Assembly (NCBI GenBank): GCA_051439505.1
Contig: JBFRWI010000170.1
Coordinates: 1-24,012 of the forward strand
DNA length: 24,012 nucleotides
Origin: Hormoscilla sp.
GTDB lineage: Bacteria; Cyanobacteriota; Cyanobacteriia; Cyanobacteriales; Desertifilaceae
Direction of reading: 5' to 3'
Positions 17,657-24,012 of this stretch are shown one piece after another. The position numbers and the translations under genes were made by a program. The notes under the pieces were generated by a model that did no database searches, was not told the DNA's origin, and saw only the letters and a program-made list of their open reading frames with translations. Each line of letters starts with the position of its first letter. Position 1 is the first letter of the stretch.

Positions 17657-17729
17657 GCTAATGGCTAATGGTTCATGGCTAATTGCTAATTGCTAATTGC
17701 TAATTGCTAATCGCTAATTGCTAATGGCC
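17657..17729. repeat. STRR heptamer tract (GCTAATT/GCTAATG)
   Basis: About 10 tandem heptamer units. Confidence 0.85.
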
Positions 17730-17774
17730 AGATGACATGTGATTTGAATTGCTGGCAATTGATAGATTATATCC

Positions 17775-18149
17775 TCAAGAGGCGATCGCATATCGCTCTG
17801 TCTTGATAACCCGATCGTGCTTATCGAAAATTATTTCATATTCAAACCAGGCAAAATCCCACCACTTGCAGCCCCCATCATGACCGTAGTACCAATCTTC
17901 ATCTTCCCACTTATTTCCATAAACACCATTCGGCTTACCTCAAAGTTTGAACACCTCTTCTTTACTCATTCCCACTCTGATAGAATCAAACTTATCTTCT
18001 GAAAACTCTTCTGGGAGAACAGTATCAATCAGTGGATTCAGCGGAAATATATCTTCGGTAAAGCGGAGCACAAAGAACATCGGTAAAACTACCAGTAAGA
18101 GCAGGAGGAGAATAATAATTGGTTCCAAATTTGAGCTTTGGTTATTCAT
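17775..18149 (-). pseudogene. Membrane-anchored SmpA/BamE-like domain protein with an internal TGA
   Basis: MNNQ...hydrophobic helix...FDSIRVGMSKEEVFKL*GKPNGVYGNKWEDEDWYYGHDGGCKWWDFAWFEYEIIFDKHDRVIKTERYAIAS*. The TGA at 17940-17942 sits in the GMS.EEV..LLG.P motif. Confidence 0.72.
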
Positions 18150-18336
18150 GGATTTAGCCTCAAGCATCACTTCATCATATACATTGTAGCATTTATCTGT
18201 CAGCAGTGTGATTGTGTAACTTATCTTCAAAGATATTCACAAATCTTTACAGTCAAGTTAATGACAGTAGAGGCAGTAATCGATAGGATAGGAATATGGG
18301 TGGGAGTTAGAACTGCTATACTCATAGTGCGCTCTG

Positions 18337-18376
18337 GCTAATGGCTAATTGCTAATGGCTAATTGCTAATTGCTAA
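18337..18376. repeat. STRR heptamer tract (GCTAATT/GCTAATG)
   Basis: ggctaatggctaattgctaatggctaattgctaattgctaa. Confidence 0.85.
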
Positions 18377-18503
18377 ATGTCGCCAGTAAAAACATTTATT
18401 CATCCGCGTCGGTTACTCTGTATGGTACAAGGTCACAAATCATCCCGGTGTTGTGCAACGCCCTCCCATTTTATCTATCCGTAAGAAATCAAGGAGCAAA
18501 TAA

Positions 18504-19037
18504 ATGAATTACAGCAAACCTAATACAAAAATCCCCTGGCTTTGGCTGACAGTAGCGTTTGGAAGCTGTAGCTACCTTGGCTTTGTGCTGATCGCGTGCC
18601 CATTTGGGGCGATCGCCCTAGGGTTACTATTATCCTGGATCTCGGCTTTGATGCCAAAAGTGATTAGCAGCATTACATCTAGATGTCTATCAATGATGAT
18701 TTTCAAGGGACCGATACCCGCTCTGATGTTATTTTCACTTTACGCACTACAGGTATTTATACTTTTCGGCGGATTTCGCCACGAACGGTGGTTTTGGTTC
18801 TTAAACGGAAGCGGACCAGTGATTATAGCTTGGGCAATAGTCTTTAGCTTGGTTGCGGCTCTAGCTTTATCTAAAGCTAGTAAAATATTGTCGAACAGGT
18901 TTAGCCAAGTCAAGATATTTGGAATTCTGACTGGAACGAGTGGAGTCGCAATATTAGTATGGCCGCACTTGGCAAAAATTATCTGGTGCTTGGGCGATCG
19001 CTGTACCCCTGAGCCTCTAAATTACATCAACATTTAA
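18504..19037 (+). CDS. Hypothetical integral membrane protein
   Basis: AAGGAG RBS; 177 aa with about 5 hydrophobic segments. No family recognised. Confidence 0.65.
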   Translation: MNYSKPNTKIPWLWLTVAFGSCSYLGFVLIACPFGAIALGLLLSWISALMPKVISSITSRCLSMMIFKGPIPALMLFSLYALQVFILFGGFRHERWFWFLNGSGPVIIAWAIVFSLVAALALSKASKILSNRFSQVKIFGILTGTSGVAILVWPHLAKIIWCLGDRCTPEPLNYINI

Positions 19038-19078
19038 TTACGGACAATTGCTAGACAAATACCCGATCGCCACCCCGG

Positions 19079-19762
19079 TCATGTATCGTTCCTGTCGCCA
19101 CTGAGTTTTTGATAGGCATTACGGGCAGCGGCCTTCTCAGCATCTTGCTTCCGTTTACCCGTACCCCGTCCATATACTTTACCATTGACGCAGGCCAAAG
19201 CCGTAAATCTGCGTGCATGGTCGGGGCCTGATTCATTCACGATCCTGTAGGTTGGCGTTGTGCCAAAACGGTCGAGAGTCAATTGCTGAAACCGACCTTT
19301 TTCATCGACATCATTGAGATTTACATCATTGATAATTTCGCGCCGTTTCAATTTTGCTTGCATTAGGGGTTCAATAAAGTCGCGTACTGTTTCCAATCCA
19401 GAATCGAGATACAATGCACCGATATACGCCTCAAAGACATCGCAAAGTATGGCCTCATTGTAGCGCCCGCCGTCTTTTTTAGCACTGTGACCGAGGTACA
19501 GGCGATCGCCCAAACGAAACTGACGGGCAAAGGCAGCCAACTGGGACTCGTTCACCAGTTTCGATCGCAGGCGCGTCATATCACCTTCATTCATATAGCG
19601 ATCGGTGCGATACAGGATATCGCTAACGATGAAACCAAGGACAGCATCCCCGAGAAATTCCAGCCGTTCATTATCGGGACAGTAAGGATGTTCGTTGGTG
19701 TACGATCTATGGGTCAAGGCACGCTTGCGCAAGTTGGGATCTCTAATTTCTGGAAGTGTCAT
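19079..19762 (-). CDS. rnc: Ribonuclease III
   Basis: ALTHRSY, NERLEFLGDAVLG signature, DVFEAYIGALYLDSG, and a C-terminal dsRBD (GPDHARRF...GRGTGKRKQDAEKAAA). Confidence 0.96.
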   Translation of the reverse strand: MTLPEIRDPNLRKRALTHRSYTNEHPYCPDNERLEFLGDAVLGFIVSDILYRTDRYMNEGDMTRLRSKLVNESQLAAFARQFRLGDRLYLGHSAKKDGGRYNEAILCDVFEAYIGALYLDSGLETVRDFIEPLMQAKLKRREIINDVNLNDVDEKGRFQQLTLDRFGTTPTYRIVNESGPDHARRFTALACVNGKVYGRGTGKRKQDAEKAAARNAYQKLSGDRNDT

Positions 19763-19822
19763 CACGTTCAGTGCAGGTCATCAAAAAATATGGGTCTGAT
19801 ACTATTTTACAAGCGTATTGAG

Positions 19823-19905
19823 CAATAGACCTCTGGCAAAAGTAAATTTTTGCTCCGCCATAGCAATTCAGCAGCAATTTTAGCATTTCTGCAAGAGGTC
19901 TATTG
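19823..19905. mobile_element. 83-bp MITE with 21-bp terminal inverted repeats
   Basis: CAATAGACCTCTGGCAAAAGT ... ATTTCTGCAAGAGGTCTATTG, 18 of 21 positions matching. Confidence 0.75.
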
Positions 19906-19918
19906 GTCATTCTCAAGG

Positions 19919-20329
19919 TTATCTCAATAAAGCATTGAACCCTTCCTGGGTAAAATGTTTATCCTGGGTCAGAACATCCAGAATGTTCCGGTCCCGCATA
20001 ATCAGCATCTAGACGCAGTCTGTGACACTATAACCCTTGTCCATCCTGTTCTGATAAAACTTAAATGCCCGCTCGAACAGTTCGGGAGTTTGTGGGACAA
20101 TTTCTATAAAGCGATCGTTTCGTAGATCGAAAGTGAGCGTGATAGCTATCTGACGGAAATAAGCCCCCCTTTCACAAAAATAGTTGAGCAACTCCGTCAG
20201 AACCATCTCACTTGTGATCGCAGCGAAGACACTTAACTGCTGGGAGAATGCTTCTGCACGCTGATGTAAATCACTATCTCGATCTGCGAGTGCGACGAGA
20301 TAAGAGGTATCGAGGAAAATACGCCTCAT
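19919..20329 (-). pseudogene. vapC: vapC PIN toxin with a single premature TAG
   Basis: [14 protein letters not shown]...D..H..A...TSEMVLTELLN...DKGYSVTDCV*MLIMRDRNILDVLTQDKHFTQEGFNALLR*. TAG at 20009-20011 falls where Ser (TCG) is expected. Confidence 0.88.
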
Positions 20330-21003
20330 TCTTCTTTCGGTGCTCCATACATATAATGTTCAAAATTGCGAGCCAAATCTTTCGGTATTTTCGCCCATTC
20401 TTCCTCGGGAACCCGCGCACCAATCTCTATAATTCGTTTCCAGAGAGGTTTCTCTTCCGACTCAAGGGAAATTCCCTTACCATTGTCAGTGTCGTTGAAC
20501 TGGCTATTCTTCTCTTTCCGTGCGATCAGGATCTTTGAGGTGGCGTCAATGTAGGCGTTAACAAGTTTAGCCGCCCAGGTCGGCAAACCCCGATCGCCTT
20601 GCAGATACTTGAGGGCCGCGATCGCCCCATCAGTCGGCAAATAAAAACCATAGTCGATCGCCTGCCAACTACCCGTCAAATTCTCCTGGATACCCGTCGC
20701 ATGGGCAACTAAGCGGTATTGCAACTCGCGCAGATAACAAGCTACCTCACGCAAGGACTTTTCCTTGGCTTCCGGTCCACAAGCATCCTCGGGCAAAATT
20801 GCGCAGGCCCCTTGCACTGCCCCATCGCTCAAATTTGGGGCATTTTCTGCCAAATACTTAGCTCCAGCAAAGTAAGCCGCTGTCTGTTCCAGCCTCTGGG
20901 CCACCAGTTCCAGTTCGCTAGCATTCAAAAAACGACCTTGAATTGTAGCATCGACGAGGGCTTCTCTGATTTGATTTTCCATAGCACTTTTCCAATTCAC
21001 CAT
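20326..21003 (-). CDS. Fusion of a phycocyanin-alpha-like (globin-fold) domain and a C-terminal antitoxin-like module
   Basis: Residues 8-160 are collinear with CpcA (QGRFL..EL, AK.L..NA..L.DGA, K.KSLRE..CYLR...Y.LVA..TG, ALKYL....GL, NAYID). Residues 185-225 read [45 protein letters not shown] overlap with vapC. Alternative start at 20982. Confidence 0.85.
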   Translation of the reverse strand: MVNWKSAMENQIREALVDATIQGRFLNASELELVAQRLEQTAAYFAGAKYLAENAPNLSDGAVQGACAILPEDACGPEAKEKSLREVACYLRELQYRLVAHATGIQENLTGSWQAIDYGFYLPTDGAIAALKYLQGDRGLPTWAAKLVNAYIDATSKILIARKEKNSQFNDTDNGKGISLESEEKPLWKRIIEIGARVPEEEWAKIPKDLARNFEHYMYGAPKEE

Positions 21004-21041
21004 TATCGTCTATTATATCAGAAGTTCTCTCAACAGGAAAT

Positions 21042-22151
21042 ATGGACGTAAAAGCAGCAGTCGCCTTTGCAGCAGGCCAACCCCTATCCATAGAAACAGT
21101 GCAGCTAGAGGGTCCGAAAACCGGAGAAGTTCTCGTGGAAATTAAAGCCACCGGAGTTTGTCATACCGACGCCTATACCCTTTCCGGTGCCGATCCCGAA
21201 GGACTTTTCCCCGCCATTCTCGGACATGAAGGCGCGGGTATAGTTGTCGAAGTCGGCCCCGGCGTCACTAGCCTCAAACCGGGCGATCGGGTCATTCCCC
21301 TGTACATCCCAGAATGTCGCCAATGCCCATATTGCTTGAGCATGAAAACCAATCTTTGTCAAGCAATTCGTACTACCCAGGGACGAGGTGTAATGCCCGA
21401 TGGCACCAGTCGGTTCTCCATCGATGGCAAGACCATCAATCATTATATGGGCACATCCACCTTTGCCAACTACACTGTCTTGCCAGAAATATCCCTTGCC
21501 AAGATTCGGGAAGACGCTCCCTTTGACAAAGTATGTTATATTGGTTGCGGCGTCACTACCGGCATCGGAGCAGTAATTAACACCGCCAAAGTCGAAGCAG
21601 GCGCTAATGTGATTGTATTCGGTTTAGGCGGAATTGGTTTGAACGTCATTCAGGGAGCGCGCCTGGTAGGTGCTAACATGATAGTCGGCGTCGATCTCAA
21701 CCCCAAAAAACGCCCTCTAGCAGAAAAATTCGGCATGACGCACTTTGTAAACCCCCAGGAAATCGAAGGCGATCTAGTTTCATATCTGGTAGACTTAACC
21801 AAAGGTGGTGCTGACTACACCTTCGAGTGCATTGGCAATGTAAATGTCATGCGTCAAGCCTTAGAATCATGTCACAAAGGCTGGGGCGTGAGCGTGATTA
21901 TCGGCGTAGCCGGTGCAGGAGAAGAAATAAGGACCCGTCCCTTTCAGCTAGTCACCGGGCGGGTGTGGAAAGGTACGGCCTTCGGAGGTGCCAGAGGGCG
22001 CACCGATGTCCCCAAAATTGTTGATTGGTACATGGAAGGTAAAATTAACATCGATGACTTGATTACCCACGTACTCCCGATCGACCAAATCAATGACGCC
22101 TTTGAATTAATGCACAAAGGCGATTCGATCCGCACCGTTTTAACATTTTAA
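21042..22151 (+). CDS. frmA: S-(hydroxymethyl)glutathione dehydrogenase / class III alcohol dehydrogenase
   Basis: [26 protein letters not shown], structural Zn CxxCxxC...[26 protein letters not shown]. Confidence 0.97.
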   Translation: MDVKAAVAFAAGQPLSIETVQLEGPKTGEVLVEIKATGVCHTDAYTLSGADPEGLFPAILGHEGAGIVVEVGPGVTSLKPGDRVIPLYIPECRQCPYCLSMKTNLCQAIRTTQGRGVMPDGTSRFSIDGKTINHYMGTSTFANYTVLPEISLAKIREDAPFDKVCYIGCGVTTGIGAVINTAKVEAGANVIVFGLGGIGLNVIQGARLVGANMIVGVDLNPKKRPLAEKFGMTHFVNPQEIEGDLVSYLVDLTKGGADYTFECIGNVNVMRQALESCHKGWGVSVIIGVAGAGEEIRTRPFQLVTGRVWKGTAFGGARGRTDVPKIVDWYMEGKINIDDLITHVLPIDQINDAFELMHKGDSIRTVLTF

Positions 22152-22209
22152 CAGCACAAAGGTTCGTTGTTGTGATTCAGCAGGTGGGCATTGCCCACCC
22201 TACTCTATT

Positions 22210-23055
22210 ATGTCTACATCAGTCAACATTATTTCCGAACATGCCTGCTTCGATGGCAAAGTCAGTTTTCACAGCCATCATTCGTCCACTTGTAACTGCG
22301 AAATGCGCTTTGCAGTTTATCAACCACCCCAAGCAAAATCAAAACCAGTGCCAGTCCTCTATTTTCTCTCTGGTTTAACCTGTACGGAAGAAAACTTTAT
22401 CATGAAAGCCGGGGCGCAGCGGTACGCCGCAGAACAGGGGTTAATGTTAGTTATGCCAGATACCAGTCCCCGGGATACTGGCATAGAGGGCGAAAACGAC
22501 GAGTGGGATCTCGGTACGGGTGCGGGGTTCTACGTTGATGCGACAATGGCACCCTGGGCTTCCCACTATCAAATGTACAGCTATGTGGTCCGCGAATTAC
22601 CTGCAATCATAGCTGAAAACTTTCCAGCCATACCCGCAAAACAGGGAATTTTCGGTCATTCTATGGGCGGACATGGGGCCCTAGTCTGTGCCTTGAGGAA
22701 CCCAGAACAATATCAGTCACTTTCTGCTTTAGCCCCGATCGCGGCACCGATGCGCAGTGATTTTGTACAGAAGGCTTTTAGCAATTACCTCGGTCCTAAC
22801 CAGGAAACCTGGCGAGTTTACGATGCTAGCGAATTAATCCTGACTGCTAAGTATAATCGTCCCATTCTCATCGATCAAGGAACGGCGGATGAATATCTCC
22901 CCCAACTGCTACCAGAAGTATTTTCCGAAGCTTGCCAAAAAGTCGGTCAGCCCATCACTTTACGGATGCAAGCAGGTTACGACCACGGCTACTACTTTGT
23001 CTCCACCTTTGTAGGTGACCACATTCGTCACCATGCTGCGGTCTTGTGCGAGTAA
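22210..23055 (+). CDS. fghA: S-formylglutathione hydrolase
   Basis: LSGLTCTEENF..KAGAQ, PDTSPR, GAGFYVDAT, GHSMGGHGAL nucleophile elbow, DQGTAD, GYDHGYYF. Confidence 0.96.
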   Translation: MSTSVNIISEHACFDGKVSFHSHHSSTCNCEMRFAVYQPPQAKSKPVPVLYFLSGLTCTEENFIMKAGAQRYAAEQGLMLVMPDTSPRDTGIEGENDEWDLGTGAGFYVDATMAPWASHYQMYSYVVRELPAIIAENFPAIPAKQGIFGHSMGGHGALVCALRNPEQYQSLSALAPIAAPMRSDFVQKAFSNYLGPNQETWRVYDASELILTAKYNRPILIDQGTADEYLPQLLPEVFSEACQKVGQPITLRMQAGYDHGYYFVSTFVGDHIRHHAAVLCE

Positions 23056-23058
23056 AGA

Positions 23059-23100
23059 AAAAGGCGATCGCCCCTCAAGCTTGGGGCGATCGCCCTTCTC
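23059..23100. terminator. Hairpin, probably a bidirectional terminator, built on two HIP1 sites
   Basis: 12-bp stem GGCGATCGCCCC (23063-23074) / GGGGCGATCGCC (23083-23094), with an A-run on the left and CTTCTC on the right. Confidence 0.65.
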
Positions 23101-23117
23101 GATCGGCTTGCTGCTGA

Positions 23118-23204
23118 TTATGGTGCCGGTGGCGGTTCAGGAGCCTCTTCCTTGGGCGGTTTTGGCTTCTTCTCAAACACTTGGAAGTTGCGGCTAATTA
23201 CCAC
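23118..23204 (-). CDS. Possible 28-aa Pro/Lys/Glu-rich peptide or 3' remnant of a gene
   Basis: GTG start: MVISRNFQVFEKKPKPPKEEAPEPPPAP*. It ends just before the 23063 hairpin. Confidence 0.3.
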   Translation of the reverse strand: MVISRNFQVFEKKPKPPKEEAPEPPPAP

Positions 23205-23460
23205 TCCCGGGAAAATACTTAATTTAGGCTACGTGGAATTACTGATATCAAAATCTCTGATTTTGCGGTTTCGATTATTTTGCGAGTGATTGTATTCTTT
23301 AATCTAGAAGAGATAACCCCAAAGCAAGAGCAATATGAGATGAGAGATAATTCAGATCTTCGGTTTAATCAGACGAGCGCCGAAGGGTATCACCAATATA
23401 CGCAACCCGATCGACTTGTGGTAACTGTAAATTAATTTGCCGCAATAGGAATCAAGCTCT

Positions 23461-23598
23461 ATGAAAGAAAAGGACAATGAAATGGCTAAAACTTGCAGCG
23501 CGCCCTTAAAACCCAATCCCTTCACGACCTATCGAGATCCGAAAACAGGTAGATGGGTTGTGGTAAACAATGATACAAAAAAACAACCTAGCACGTAA
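23461..23598 (+). CDS. Small conserved-type cyanobacterial protein (NPFTTYRDPxTGRW motif)
   Basis: MKEKDNEMAKTCSAPLKPNPFTTYRDPKTGRWVVVNNDTKKQPST*. Alternative start at 23482 after AAGGA. It is below the ORF-track cutoff. Confidence 0.65.
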   Translation: MKEKDNEMAKTCSAPLKPNPFTTYRDPKTGRWVVVNNDTKKQPST

Positions 23599-23833
23599 CG
23601 TAACAGTCTAGCACGAGCTATGAAATCTAAAATATGAAAATCAACTACCATCTCCTCGATCGGGTTAAAAGTCAAAATTAAAACAATATTTACATTACTT
23701 TTTAAGTTTTGACTTTTAACTTTTGGCTTGATAAGTCGGGCCTAGGGCATCGGTCTTGAAACCGGGCTTTTGTTGGGCCGAACATCATCTGAACTGCACG
23801 CTCAACCCGGTTTCTACCGAATAAACGGATACT

Positions 23834-24012
23834 CTAGTTAGATAGGTTGTTGCTAGCATAAGCATCCATCCCATAGGCAGGGGTGCGTTGGTTGTAGTCG
23901 GTCTCCGTACCTGTGATAGACTTAGCTAGCTGTTCAAACTTCGAGGAGTTCCAGTTCCGTTCGTGAATGGGCTTGGACTGTTCGCCCCGGAAGTAGGCTT
24001 GAGTACCGATAA
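23834..24012 (-). CDS. Psb35-related photosystem II-associated small protein (5' partial)
   Basis: ...IGTQAYFRGEQSKPIHERNWNSSKFEQLAKSITGTETDYNQRTPAYGMDAYASNNLSN*. Family recognised from memory of the GTQAYFRGEQ.KPIHERNW motif. Confidence 0.7.
   Translation of the reverse strand, partial: IGTQAYFRGEQSKPIHERNWNSSKFEQLAKSITGTETDYNQRTPAYGMDAYASNNLSN

Noticed and set aside
17940..20011. Stop-codon reassignment or readthrough explaining the internal TGA and TAG
   Set aside because: Conserved genes here end normally at TAG (psaC, glmU, kaiB) and TGA (rnc, tnpA). Both internal stops are one substitution from the expected sense codon.
20326..21003. Ordinary cpcA light-harvesting gene
   Set aside because: It lacks Cys84, has a C-terminal extension of about 65 aa, has no cpcB partner and is coupled to vapC.
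23340..23460. Glutamine (glnA or downstream-peptide) riboswitch
   Set aside because: The consensus CGTTCA/GGAAGTA/GAAGGAACG elements were not found; only a generic stem is visible.

Overview
Cyanobacterial chromosomal window: it carries psaC and kaiB3/kaiC3, roughly 30 HIP1 GCGATCGC octamers counted by eye, STRR heptamer tracts and GTAG-type REP hairpins. From left to right it holds the 3' end of an RTX-type protein; a repeat-bounded array of three type II toxin-antitoxin (TA) modules, two with broken toxins; two Uma2 nucleases; psaC; glmU; an internally deleted Uma2 relic; two tandem AEC transporter paralogues; a DMT/EamA transporter; an IS607 tnpA with a dead overlapping tnpB; a broken SET-domain gene; a divergent NDH-2; glutaminase; a kaiA3-kaiB3-kaiC3 operon; a BamE/SmpA-like pseudogene; a membrane protein; RNase III; a vapC with a nonsense codon; frmA-fghA; two small ORFs; and a partial Psb35-related gene. 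The most unusual element is 20326-21003(-): a near full-length phycocyanin-alpha-like domain with the chromophore Cys replaced by Ser, fused to a C-terminal antitoxin-like module and translationally coupled to vapC. All family calls come from motif recognition by eye; no searches were run.
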